A stretch of 42,027 nucleotides of DNA from a virus. Lineage: Duplodnaviria; Caudoviricetes. A model generated the notes under the pieces. The model was not told the DNA's origin, did not search any database, and saw only the letters and a list, made by a program, of their open reading frames with translations. The position numbers and the translations under genes are program-made. Of the stretch, positions 18,701 to 26,981 are shown one piece after another. The stretch's first letter is position 1. Every line of letters begins with the position of its first letter. The stretch is taken from the IMG/VR virus record IMGVR_UViG_3300012347_000028, positions 1-42,027 of that record; one strand, 5' to 3'.

Positions 18701-20144
18701 TAACAAAAAGCTAAACTCTAAGTTTGTCCACTTCGGCACACGCATGAGAATTGTTACAAAGTACGAGAACAATGAGTACGTTGGTCAGATGCCTGTAGGT
18801 GGCAACGTCTACTATGGAGAAGACATCGTTGGTGGCTCTGGTGGTCTTGGAGTTATGGTAGACCCAGCAACAAACAACGGCTACTTCTTCGAGATTATGG
18901 CACTGTCGTCAACATCTTCTGGTAAAGCAACCTCGTTTGAAAACACAGAGTTTGACGTAGTCTTCTACAAGGTCATGAAGAACTCATCTTCTACATCTAG
19001 CACAGACAAGGCAATCCCTGTAAGGCTCTGGGGCAAGACCGTAGGAATCATTGGTGACGACGGTAACTTTGTTGGTCAGTCGAGGGTAGTGGGAGAAGAA
19101 AACACCACAGTATACGACCTAGCGGTAGAATACGAAGACTTCTCTGGATTCAGAAGATTCTATCTGTACATCAACAACACCCTACAGGCTACCGTAGATG
19201 ACAAGGACAAGCTTCCTATCTTTAATAATATGAACGTCTTTGCACGTGGCTCATCTAGAGTAATGTTTGAGAATACCTATGCTCTTGGCTACAGATACAG
19301 CCAGAACTCTGCCTACGTCCTTGACACACCAGTCAACAGTGCATTTGGAGACACGACAGTAACGTCTGACGAGTCCCTAAGAAAGTATGCCATCAGCGGT
19401 ATGGTTCAGTCAACATACCTGTCTGGACTATCTACATCGTCACAGCCAGCATACAACCTATACTACGAAGAGTTCGGAACAATCATGCGAGGTATGGCAT
19501 ACTTTAATATCAAGTATGACAAGGCTTACCCAGCACTAGTGGCTAACCTATCTCCACAGGTAACAGAGCTTAAGAGCTACGTAGTATCTGGACTATCCAA
19601 GACACCTTATGGTGCAGAGTTTATGGTCTTTAACGCAACAGACACATCTATTGTGCTGGACTCAAACAGCGGTAACGCTTTGAATATCGTTGGCGTTGCA
19701 ACTACCCAGGATTCAAACCTAGAGCTGACAATGGACCAGTACTTCAATAAGGCTGGAGATCTATCTAACCCAAGATTTACAAACAACACCCTAGTATCCT
19801 CACCACTTAAGACTAATAAGTTATATGAAGATATCCTATTCAACATAATAACCTATGGTCGCAACGAGTTCTCGCTATCTTCAAACTACATTCAGAGTCA
19901 GGATCAGGCAAATGGAATTATGGGTTGGCTATCATCTAAGATATCTAAGCCACGTAAATCAATTGGCATTCAACTATTCGGTATGCCAATTCTACAGCTT
20001 GGAGACATTGTCACAGTAGATTATCGCTCAAATGATGGGGTAGATCAGATCTCACCAACAAGCAGATTCGTAGTGTACAATATAGAGTACAGATCTAGCG
20101 TATCTGGTCCAGAAACAAGTGTATATCTTAGCGAGGTCGCATAA
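15753..20144 (+). CDS. Large minor tail protein (tail tip / hub)
   Basis: 1463 aa, beta-rich; C-terminal GMPILQLGDIVTV hub motif; FFDEYNNFV. Confidence 0.75.
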   Translation: MFVDDQLKNHLETSSTIKGNSFIVAEWNMNFSNNIDLVGNYRFRPELASSKFKFIPSNYDPNDVGGFYTGATDADISIENGVEDDGETPAVFTERKLNEKLLYSLEDCFGRFRPRSGINKLRYFDTAFVPNSDQDMATRPRYYAAHKDDSFKYWTSYRTTGQNVAIEKDLPSSTDTSAERGIANKTVNGKHYIQDAAPFVVYKSAVPANRVVVKMQTHVGTTDLGLISLASGSVISDPFSGSANMQVPTRWRIQGLDSSNSWVDLMSFNEASTRLDGSPVIKEDGYVEIGYGLIIPEKYREIFVFAGEYKTASELPATSLRGYTYKVFDGTTEQYFIWDGDSYVEIFPQYGWQIVDEPLSEITGLVTKLVSPVLVGSNLATAPNQHSEFQYLNGLRVVVETMNKYRSTFDLIELSPRLTVDITELTNDITISKAASDLGVSGMPVGQLIASTGTINLFDFDQAFNELNEDSIISKFNTRNLQVKVYEKIREVGQTESATGQQMFANFYVPIKTLYAEGFPTIDGMDRSVSIQLRDMFHYFENNGAPELFIQNASMSYAVSILLDSIGFSNYTFKRNSGEADDVIPFFFTGTDISVAEVLNEIAVATQTAMFFDEYNNFVIMSKGYIMPTEAQRGTDLVLRGSNDFAKDGIVKNAKTNELLANIVELEEQDSNVFNDGSIQYTARAIDRQIGSIFEAENIQERTKSLSYRVSNLWQVPGSESVRKLGDTDGGYTLSAVPLNSDLSANVPSVSNGVILNNVLDLGEGIDAAGLPQYSGYLYANGEIIRYDAVEYSVPRASQYGDSVSITAGNNVWIRDTQEYVNYLSKLPLNAKMYATGLVRIYSEPNYQTQADGSEKIISIAKHGRGQFGTPVVAHKAGLDPYWSDNANTYGCKMDSSLIFALKESDVANISVTTGAAGIETTKARQSTRNGIIKNYAAKSDVKESDVNKYTKPMAGSVQASALVINGPSFEVTDKPVDHITYINKKLNSKFVHFGTRMRIVTKYENNEYVGQMPVGGNVYYGEDIVGGSGGLGVMVDPATNNGYFFEIMALSSTSSGKATSFENTEFDVVFYKVMKNSSSTSSTDKAIPVRLWGKTVGIIGDDGNFVGQSRVVGEENTTVYDLAVEYEDFSGFRRFYLYINNTLQATVDDKDKLPIFNNMNVFARGSSRVMFENTYALGYRYSQNSAYVLDTPVNSAFGDTTVTSDESLRKYAISGMVQSTYLSGLSTSSQPAYNLYYEEFGTIMRGMAYFNIKYDKAYPALVANLSPQVTELKSYVVSGLSKTPYGAEFMVFNATDTSIVLDSNSGNALNIVGVATTQDSNLELTMDQYFNKAGDLSNPRFTNNTLVSSPLKTNKLYEDILFNIITYGRNEFSLSSNYIQSQDQANGIMGWLSSKISKPRKSIGIQLFGMPILQLGDIVTVDYRSNDGVDQISPTSRFVVYNIEYRSSVSGPETSVYLSEVA

Positions 20145-20623
20145 TGGTTAGTGCAGTTCCAAACACACCAAAGGTCACAAGGCTTGTAGACGCTATTCCA
20201 GGAATCAAGTCTGCGACTCCAGAGCAGTATTACGAAGAGCTTCCTAATGTTATGGATAGCGGATACGATGTAAGAACCCAGCTATTCTTCGACTCGATGG
20301 AGAGCATTGACATTATTAGCATAGCTAGAAATGACCTAGTTAACGGTCAGAAGATTTTGTATCAGCCAATTAAGAACCTAGAGCACATCGAAGATAGATA
20401 CGGCTCTAAGTACCTACTACCAATGTTCGACACTGACAACATTAGATTTAAGTCATTCGCAATTAAGCTAGAGGATAAGGTTGGAGAAAATGCAACACCA
20501 GTGTACCTGACAACCTCTGGCGACCTAGTGATCGAAGCCATAAACTTGGCTGACGACGAGCTAATCGAAATAGAGATCCTAACCTCTGGTCAGGCAATAG
20601 ATGATACAATATATGGAGGATAA
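20144..20623 (+). CDS. Minor tail protein (putative)
   Basis: Translationally coupled within tail module. Confidence 0.5.
   Translation: MVSAVPNTPKVTRLVDAIPGIKSATPEQYYEELPNVMDSGYDVRTQLFFDSMESIDIISIARNDLVNGQKILYQPIKNLEHIEDRYGSKYLLPMFDTDNIRFKSFAIKLEDKVGENATPVYLTTSGDLVIEAINLADDELIEIEILTSGQAIDDTIYGG
20602..20610 (+). promoter_or_regulatory. Possible extended -10 promoter (TGaTACAAT)
   Basis: Same architecture as other promoters; just upstream of RBS GGAGG of 20626. Confidence 0.45.
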
Positions 20624-20625
20624 CT

Positions 20626-21756
20626 ATGATTACTCAAACTGGTAAAAGAATTATTAGCAAGTTTTTGCTTGGGCAGGCACCAGCCTATGCCTCTTATATT
20701 GCTGTAGGTTGTGGACCAACACCACTAAGTGCTGATCCATCTCAGGAAGACATTACTGCATTCTCAACAAAGCAAAGCCTAGACTTTGAGATGTTTCGTG
20801 TTCCGATTGTGTCACGTGGCTACGTGTCCGAAAACGGAGAGACCAGCCTCGTGTTTACAGGAGAGCTTCCTACTGCAGAGCGTTACGAGATTTCAGAGGT
20901 TGGCGTTTTCTCAGCAGCCTCAAACCCTGCTGCTGGGGCATACGACAGCAAGAACCTATACTCTTTCTCTACCACTAGAGAAAGCTGGGTATTCAACCAG
21001 AACAGCACACCAACATCAATCCCAGAAAGATTCGAGCCACTAGATGGTTCAGACCCTACAAACATCATATCTGTAACCGACAAGGTATTCTATACTAACT
21101 CTAATAACAGAATCTTCACTAACGCAGACCGTGACGCTAGACACGAGACTGCTAGATACCTAAACACAGCCCTTGCAATGCGTGGAGATGTTTCTGCTAC
21201 GACTACTACAGGTGCCTATGCTTATACTGGGGACAACATCGAAATTACAGACGTGTCTATCGATCTAAGCAAGAACTCTCCTGGAGACGAAATCAAGCTT
21301 GCCTTCTCTTTGGTCAACCAGACTGGGGTAGAGGATCCACAGGACCTAGTCTCTCCAGATGCAGTGCACATCACTATCATATTTTCATCTCAGGATGGCT
21401 CTCAGACAGCTATAATGCCAGTGGTTATTGAGAGCACTGACGCTGGAGTAGACTTCGATACAAACAGATACTTCGTAGCAAAGTCCAGAATTACAGACCT
21501 AGTTAAGAGCAATGGATTCACCTGGAGCCAGGTAGACAGAATTAAGGTATATGCAACAGTAGTAAAGGACTCTGCAGTTTCAGACGAGTTCTACGTATTG
21601 CTCGACGCACTAAGGCTTGAGAACGTTAGCTCAACAACCCCTCTATACGGTCTGACTGGATACACAGTAATCAAGACTGAGACTGGAGACACTTTTGTTA
21701 AGGAAGCCAATACTACAAGCTACATTGAGTTTAGGTTTGGATTGGATGTTCAGTAA
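20626..21756 (+). CDS. Minor tail / baseplate protein
   Basis: N-terminal MITQTGKR..YIAVGCG..ISEVGVF motif typical of tail-fibre-proximal/baseplate proteins. Confidence 0.65.
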   Translation: MITQTGKRIISKFLLGQAPAYASYIAVGCGPTPLSADPSQEDITAFSTKQSLDFEMFRVPIVSRGYVSENGETSLVFTGELPTAERYEISEVGVFSAASNPAAGAYDSKNLYSFSTTRESWVFNQNSTPTSIPERFEPLDGSDPTNIISVTDKVFYTNSNNRIFTNADRDARHETARYLNTALAMRGDVSATTTTGAYAYTGDNIEITDVSIDLSKNSPGDEIKLAFSLVNQTGVEDPQDLVSPDAVHITIIFSSQDGSQTAIMPVVIESTDAGVDFDTNRYFVAKSRITDLVKSNGFTWSQVDRIKVYATVVKDSAVSDEFYVLLDALRLENVSSTTPLYGLTGYTVIKTETGDTFVKEANTTSYIEFRFGLDVQ

Positions 21757-22193
21757 TGGCAGACGTAGTCAAGAAGAGCACGATCAAGGCAGCTTCACTT
21801 CCATTAGTTAGCCCTAACAATACTTATATTGTTAGATATAGAATCGTCTCTCAGGACCAAAACAGATATTCTCACTGGTCCCCAATATATAACATAGACT
21901 CCTTGCCAGTAGTCGAAAGCGAGATCGAGGGAGACATCTCCTATTCGTCTACCACAAGACAGGTAACTCTGGGATGGACCAATGAGGTCCTTCCACCTTA
22001 CGACGTATTTATGAGGGTAGGCACTGGAGAGTGGGTCTACATTGCCACAACATCAAGCACATCGTACCAATATTACGTCAGAACATCATTGTCTGGAAGC
22101 CTAACTTTCTGGGTACAGAAGGCAAGCTACTACAAAGCTCAGCCATCCGAAGAGCTAAGAATGTTCTCAGGTACAGTAACTGTAGCAGCCTAA
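21756..22193 (+). CDS. Minor tail protein, fibronectin-III-like
   Basis: YIVRYRIVS...YSHWSP and VTLGW...YDVF motifs of FN3-like folds. Confidence 0.5.
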   Translation: MADVVKKSTIKAASLPLVSPNNTYIVRYRIVSQDQNRYSHWSPIYNIDSLPVVESEIEGDISYSSTTRQVTLGWTNEVLPPYDVFMRVGTGEWVYIATTSSTSYQYYVRTSLSGSLTFWVQKASYYKAQPSEELRMFSGTVTVAA

Positions 22194-22202
22194 GCCTTTG
22201 CA

Positions 22203-22211
22203 TGCTATAAT
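22203..22211 (+). promoter_or_regulatory. Extended -10 promoter (TGcTATAAT), leaderless transcript
   Basis: -10 ends 6 nt before ATG 22218; no SD. Confidence 0.7.
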
Positions 22212-22217
22212 ATAATA

Positions 22218-22667
22218 ATGATTAGTAAGATTCCAGATCCAGCACCAGGACAGCCAGTAGACCTAACCTATCTTTCAAAGATCGTTGGCGTTGTAAATGG
22301 CTTGGTAGACAACAACATTTCTAGACAGACTACTAAGAAGTATGTATCTCTAGATACCATTACTGCTGGAACGCAGAACATGCTGATTAATGAAGTTAGA
22401 ATGGCAGGTGGCTACGCAGAGGCTACCATTGGTACAAGCTCTAACTCACAGCCATTCACTTACAGATTTTCAAATACTGAATTTAAGTATCCACCAATCG
22501 TAGTCGCTACTCCAATTGTTTTGGATCAGACAGCGACATCTGGAGACATCAGCGTTGTGCTACAGAGCGTTACCAACTCTAGCATTTCTGGTAGCGTTAG
22601 AACCAACAAGACTGGAACAGAAGTTCGTGTCGGAGTCTACCTGATGATGATCGGTGTTCCAAACTAA
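22218..22667 (+). CDS. Putative tail fibre / receptor-binding-like small protein
   Basis: FKYPPIVVATP...VYLMMIG resembles C-terminal lectin-like tail fibre domains. Confidence 0.45.
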   Translation: MISKIPDPAPGQPVDLTYLSKIVGVVNGLVDNNISRQTTKKYVSLDTITAGTQNMLINEVRMAGGYAEATIGTSSNSQPFTYRFSNTEFKYPPIVVATPIVLDQTATSGDISVVLQSVTNSSISGSVRTNKTGTEVRVGVYLMMIGVPN

Positions 22668-22676
22668 AGGTCTATC

Positions 22677-23213
22677 ATGAGTGATGGCAAAGTAGATATG
22701 GAAACATATAACGCATCCCCTGTCGTCCAGGCTAACAAAAAGGTCTGGTTCCTGAATGGGGATTTGGTGAGGGCACACCACTTAAACAAGTCAAACGGAA
22801 TCATGTCCGTATTTAATATTACAAAGGATCAGCTAGAGAGCTGTCTAATTTCTGACTTCAAGCGTAATCGAGAGAGAGCTTACACTGTAGGTCAGACTGC
22901 AATGCTAGTAAATAGGCACAAGAAATATCTACCAGCATTGTATAAGCAAGGTATCATCCCTGGACCAACTGGCTCACAGAAGGGTGGCGAAAGAGGGTGG
23001 CAGGTAAGAAGCTACTACTCAGAGTCGCAGGTACGTGAGATTCGTGATATACTTGCTTCCTACCATATGGGTAGACCAAGAAAAGATAAGTTAATTACTA
23101 ACGACATAACTCCTTCGAAACAAGAGTTGACAAGGCGCATGGGCGATGGTATACTGACTTATACGAAGACCGAAGATGGAAGATTTATTCCGATTTGGTC
23201 AGAATCAATTTAA
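22677..23213 (+). CDS. MerR-like helix-turn-helix DNA-binding protein
   Basis: YTVGQTAMLVNRH..L..LYKQGIIP...RSYYSESQV fits the MerR/Xis winged-helix pattern. Confidence 0.65.
   Translation: MSDGKVDMETYNASPVVQANKKVWFLNGDLVRAHHLNKSNGIMSVFNITKDQLESCLISDFKRNRERAYTVGQTAMLVNRHKKYLPALYKQGIIPGPTGSQKGGERGWQVRSYYSESQVREIRDILASYHMGRPRKDKLITNDITPSKQELTRRMGDGILTYTKTEDGRFIPIWSESI
23127..23155 (+). promoter_or_regulatory. Near-consensus sigma-A promoter inside HTH gene
   Basis: TTGACA-N17-TATACT with TG extension. Confidence 0.8.
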
Positions 23214-23235
23214 AGTTCTTGAGAGGAACGTGGGT

Positions 23236-23445
23236 ATGAGTAATGAAGAGACAAAGGTAACCGTTGGACTAGGTTACACACTTAACTTGGGTAATTTCCA
23301 ATCGCTCCGCATTGATCTGGCTATTACAGACAATAAGCGTGAAGGCGAAAACACTGCAGACGCATTTGAGCGTGTGTACAAGTTCGTTGAAGACAAGCTT
23401 GCGGACAAGGTCCGTGAAGCATCTGCTGAGATCGAAAGTAAGTAA
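23236..23445 (+). CDS. Phage hypothetical protein
   Basis: SD-like GAGAGG upstream; 69 aa with TLNLGNFQSLRID motif; start at MSNEET. Confidence 0.7.
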   Translation: MSNEETKVTVGLGYTLNLGNFQSLRIDLAITDNKREGENTADAFERVYKFVEDKLADKVREASAEIESK

Positions 23446-23753
23446 TGGCTGATCGCAAAGACCGTATGGCTTTGCTGAGTAGATTTAACAAACACTATCA
23501 GTTTAAATACAACGCAAAGCCTGTTTATAATCAGTGGGCAGAACAGTGGGCTGCCGATGCACTCATTGAATCGTACACTTTACAAACCTGCTATGAGCTG
23601 CTAGAATATTACTTCGACGTTGCTCAGAATCCAGACTGGAAGTACTTCTCCAACTTTACACAGGAGATTATCGATTCAAGACAACGTAGAATTCAAGACA
23701 ATGCTGAAAGAGCAGAACGCCGTAAGAAAGCAAAGGAGTGGCTAAATGAGTAG
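23445..23753 (+). CDS. Hypothetical protein (possible helicase loader/initiator partner)
   Basis: Coupled directly to DnaB; function inferred from position only. Confidence 0.55.
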   Translation: MADRKDRMALLSRFNKHYQFKYNAKPVYNQWAEQWAADALIESYTLQTCYELLEYYFDVAQNPDWKYFSNFTQEIIDSRQRRIQDNAERAERRKKAKEWLNE

Positions 23754-24966
23754 CGCAGAGGACAAACTAATATCAGCTGTACTGGCTGATAAGCAGATGC
23801 ACGTATTGCTGCAGGCAAACGTGGAGACCATCCTGCGCACACACAAAGATATCTGGAACTTTATCCGACTATACTCTGAGCAGAATGGTACTGTACCACC
23901 TGCATCTCTGGTAGTCGATAAGTTCCGTGATTTCAGCCCTGTGGAGGGCGTAGGAGCCACGAAGCACCACCTTGAGGAATTACAGGCAGAGTATCTAAAC
24001 GACAGCCTAAAGGGCATCCTGATGTCTGCTGCTAGCGATATTCAGAATGGTCGAGGCACCGAGGTCCTGGAGACTCTGATCACTAAGACCTCAGAGCTTA
24101 AGAAGAATACAGCAGTAATCCGTGACATTGATGTTACAGACATTGAAGATGCAGTGCACTATTACCAGAAGCTACAGGAGCAGCAGGCTCTAGGCTCTAT
24201 TGGTATTAAGACTGGTCTGCCAGGCTTCGACAATTACCTACCTGCTGGTATTATGCCAGGACAGCTAGGCGTATTCCTAGCCTACCCAGGTATCGGCAAG
24301 TCTTGGCTATCGCTATACTTTGCGGTACAGGCATGGAAGCAGGGCAAGTCACCACTAGTAATCTCCCTAGAAATGTCAGAGACAGAAGTTCGTAACCGTG
24401 TATTTACCATCATGGGTGAAGGTCTGTTCTCACACAGAAAGCTATCTAGCGGTCAGGTAGATGTAAATGACCTACGCATGTGGCACAAGAAGGAACTAGC
24501 TGGCAAGCCAGAGTTCCACATTATCTCTAACGACTCTGGTGGCGAGGTAACTCCAGGAGTTATCCGTGGAAAGATTGACCAGTATAAGCCAGACTTTATT
24601 ATTGTAGACTATCTACAGCTTATGTCTCCAAACCAAAAGGCAGACAATGAGACTGTTCGTATGAAGAACCTTTCTCGTGAGCTAAAACTTTTGGCAATCT
24701 CAGAAGAGATTCCAATCATCGCTATCTCATCAGCTACTCCAGATGACGTTAATAAGCTAGACACTGTTCCTACACTTGGACAGACTGCTTGGTCACGTCA
24801 GATTGCATATGACGCTGACTGGGTAATGGCTCTTGGTCGTGGTGCAAACTCAGATGTTATCGAGTGTGTATTCCGCAAGAACCGTAACGGCTTCATGGGT
24901 GAGTTTTTGGTCCAGGTAGACTTCGATAAAGGTTGGTATAAGTACAAGGATTTCGAAGATAATTAG
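23746..24966 (+). CDS. dnaB: DnaB-like replicative helicase
   Basis: Walker A AYPGIGKS, SLEMS, IIVDYLQLM, IAYDAD, KNRNG. Confidence 0.92.
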   Translation: MSSAEDKLISAVLADKQMHVLLQANVETILRTHKDIWNFIRLYSEQNGTVPPASLVVDKFRDFSPVEGVGATKHHLEELQAEYLNDSLKGILMSAASDIQNGRGTEVLETLITKTSELKKNTAVIRDIDVTDIEDAVHYYQKLQEQQALGSIGIKTGLPGFDNYLPAGIMPGQLGVFLAYPGIGKSWLSLYFAVQAWKQGKSPLVISLEMSETEVRNRVFTIMGEGLFSHRKLSSGQVDVNDLRMWHKKELAGKPEFHIISNDSGGEVTPGVIRGKIDQYKPDFIIVDYLQLMSPNQKADNETVRMKNLSRELKLLAISEEIPIIAISSATPDDVNKLDTVPTLGQTAWSRQIAYDADWVMALGRGANSDVIECVFRKNRNGFMGEFLVQVDFDKGWYKYKDFEDN

Positions 24967-24967
24967 T

Positions 24968-24973
24968 TATAAT
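24968..24973 (+). promoter_or_regulatory. -10 box (TATAAT), probable leaderless transcript
   Basis: 7 nt before ATG 24981; no SD. Confidence 0.5.
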
Positions 24974-24980
24974 AGTACGT

Positions 24981-25325
24981 ATGGACAGCGTACATCACAA
25001 GCCGATCAAGAGATTTAGCATTGATGGAACTATCCACGACGACTCAGCACTTCCGAGACTAAGAGAAGAATACCAACGACTTTTGGTAACAGAAATGCGG
25101 TTGTCTGGATATGTTCCAAGGCTTGACATAAACACAGATTTTACGCTACAATATAACGAACAACACAATTACTTTGAATTTAAAATATCATCATATGGAG
25201 TATACGTAGGAAAGAAGCAGAGCGAATGGATATCAGGAATAGACGAAACGAAAATAATATTTACGGAAAAGACCAAATCAAGAGAGTCCTTGCAGGCGCA
25301 GGAATCACAGTCGAATCCGAAGTAG
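24981..25325 (+). CDS. Hypothetical protein
   Basis: 114-aa ORF filling the gap between helicase and primase; 3' end overlaps primase by 100 nt. Confidence 0.65.
   Translation: MDSVHHKPIKRFSIDGTIHDDSALPRLREEYQRLLVTEMRLSGYVPRLDINTDFTLQYNEQHNYFEFKISSYGVYVGKKQSEWISGIDETKIIFTEKTKSRESLQAQESQSNPK
25123..25152 (+). promoter_or_regulatory. sigma-A promoter upstream of primase
   Basis: TTGACA-N18-TACAAT. Confidence 0.6.
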
Positions 25326-26170
25326 ACACTGATTACATCATCTTCTGCCCATTCCACGGCAACCACAGAACTCCAGCTGGAGAAATTGACAAGGCATCTG
25401 GCACATTCTTCTGCTTCTCTTGTCACAAAATTGCAGACCTCGTAGAGTTCATTATGCACACCACTGGCAGGACATACTTTGAGTCTGTTCGCTACATCAA
25501 GAGCAAGCACACTGAGACAGACCTGTCTTCAGAGATTAACAAGAAGCTTGTCGTTGTCCCACAGTACACACAGTTTGATCAGATCATGATTAAAAGACTT
25601 AGCCAGCAGGCACTTGACTCGCCACGTGCTATGAGGTATTATAATGGTAGGCTAATTACAGAAGACTCTATTAGGAAGTTTTCTCTTGGCTTTTCAGAAA
25701 AGCAAGACATGGTAACTATTCCAGTGCACTCTCCAGATGGTATGGAGGTTGGCTTTGTTGGTCGATCAGTAGAGGGTAAGGACTTTAAGAATACTCCAGG
25801 TCTGCCAAAGTCAAAGGTTTTATTTAACTTGCACAGAGTTAAGACATCAAGCAAGGTTTATGTGGTAGAATCGTCTTTCGACGCTATCAGGCTAGACCAG
25901 TGTGGATTTCCAGCGGTAGCCACACTAGGAGCCAATGTATCTAACATACAGGTAGAACTACTCAAAAAATATTTCAACAGTATCTACATTATTGCGGATA
26001 ATGATGAAGCAGGCGGTAACATGAAAGATAGGCTTCTGGAGAAGCTTGGCTCTATTGTCACCGTAATACAACTAAATAAACAATATAAAGATATTGGCGA
26101 TATGCCAGATGATGAGATCAAGAAATTGGATATATCATTTGACAAGTCTATTGCCTCTATGCTAAACTAA
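25226..26170 (+). CDS. dnaG: DNA primase (CHC2 zinc finger + TOPRIM)
   Basis: CPFH...CFSC zinc finger; VVESSFDA and ADNDEAG TOPRIM motifs. Confidence 0.9.
   Translation: MDIRNRRNENNIYGKDQIKRVLAGAGITVESEVDTDYIIFCPFHGNHRTPAGEIDKASGTFFCFSCHKIADLVEFIMHTTGRTYFESVRYIKSKHTETDLSSEINKKLVVVPQYTQFDQIMIKRLSQQALDSPRAMRYYNGRLITEDSIRKFSLGFSEKQDMVTIPVHSPDGMEVGFVGRSVEGKDFKNTPGLPKSKVLFNLHRVKTSSKVYVVESSFDAIRLDQCGFPAVATLGANVSNIQVELLKKYFNSIYIIADNDEAGGNMKDRLLEKLGSIVTVIQLNKQYKDIGDMPDDEIKKLDISFDKSIASMLN
26139..26168 (+). promoter_or_regulatory. sigma-A promoter upstream of SSB gene
   Basis: TTGACA-N18-TAAACT with TG extension. Confidence 0.65.
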
Positions 26171-26197
26171 AACACACACAATATATAAGGAGAAAAA

Positions 26198-26860
26198 ATG
26201 AGTGTAATTAAAGGGCTTAAGAACATCAACGCACTACTTGACAAGCCAAAGTATGATGAAGACGGACCAAAGGTTCGCTGGCTAAAGCTAGCTGACGGAC
26301 AGTCTGTTAAGATTCGTTTCATTGAAGAGCTGGATGAAGACAGCGCAAACTACAACGAAGAGCGAGGACTTGCTCTAGTTGTCAAGGAACACACCAATCC
26401 AAAGGATTACAAGCGCAAGGCAATCGACACTGTTGACACAGAGGGTCGTGACTGGGCTGAAGAGATGTACCGCAAGGATCCAAAGGGCAACGCTGGCTGG
26501 CGTGGTCGTCTACGCTTCTACTGCAACGTCCTAGTTGACGATGGCATCGAGGCTCCATACGTAGCTATCTGGTCAATGGGTGTAAGCAAGCAGTCTGCTT
26601 TCAACACCATCCGTGAGTATGCTCTAGAAACTGGTAGCGTGTCAAACCTCCAGTGGAAGCTAAAGCGTAACGGTCAGGGAACTGAAACTAGCTATACCTT
26701 GTTCCCATCTGCACCAGACAGCGAGCCATTCGCCTGGAACGGTGTACGACCATTCCCACTAGAGTCTGCACTAAAGAAGGTTCCATACGCAGAGCAGGAA
26801 GCCTACTACCTAGGCTTTGATACTCCATCAGTAACCTCATCTTCGAATATGGACTGGTAA
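26198..26860 (+). CDS. Single-stranded DNA-binding protein (gp32-like)
   Basis: WLKLADGQSVKIRF, KLKRNGQGTETSY; C-terminal ...MDW; replication module; strong RBS. Confidence 0.7.
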   Translation: MSVIKGLKNINALLDKPKYDEDGPKVRWLKLADGQSVKIRFIEELDEDSANYNEERGLALVVKEHTNPKDYKRKAIDTVDTEGRDWAEEMYRKDPKGNAGWRGRLRFYCNVLVDDGIEAPYVAIWSMGVSKQSAFNTIREYALETGSVSNLQWKLKRNGQGTETSYTLFPSAPDSEPFAWNGVRPFPLESALKKVPYAEQEAYYLGFDTPSVTSSSNMDW

Positions 26861-26872
26861 TAACTAAAGCTG

Positions 26873-26907
26873 TGGGGGTATCTATAAACGATACCCCCAT
26901 TTGCTTT
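26873..26907 (+). terminator. Intrinsic terminator after SSB
   Basis: TGGGGGTATC-tataaac-GATACCCCCA perfect 10-bp stem followed by TTTGCTTT. Confidence 0.8.
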
Positions 26908-26969
26908 ACACGTCTTGACAACGTGTAAAAAATATGTCATAATTTTTACACATCCGTTAAACGTATAAA
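26905..26969 (+). promoter_or_regulatory. dnaE promoter with two palindromic operator-like sites
   Basis: TTGACA(26915)-N17-CATAAT(26938) with TG; TTTACACGT-N7-ACGTGTAAA (26905-26929) and TTTACACAT-N7-ACGTATAAA (26945-26969). Confidence 0.7.
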
Positions 26970-26981
26970 GGAATTTTAAAC

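Noticed and set aside
1647-22203. TTTGCAT preceding three structural-gene promoters
   Set aside because: Spacing to the -10 box differs in each case, and two copies are part of terminator T-tracts.
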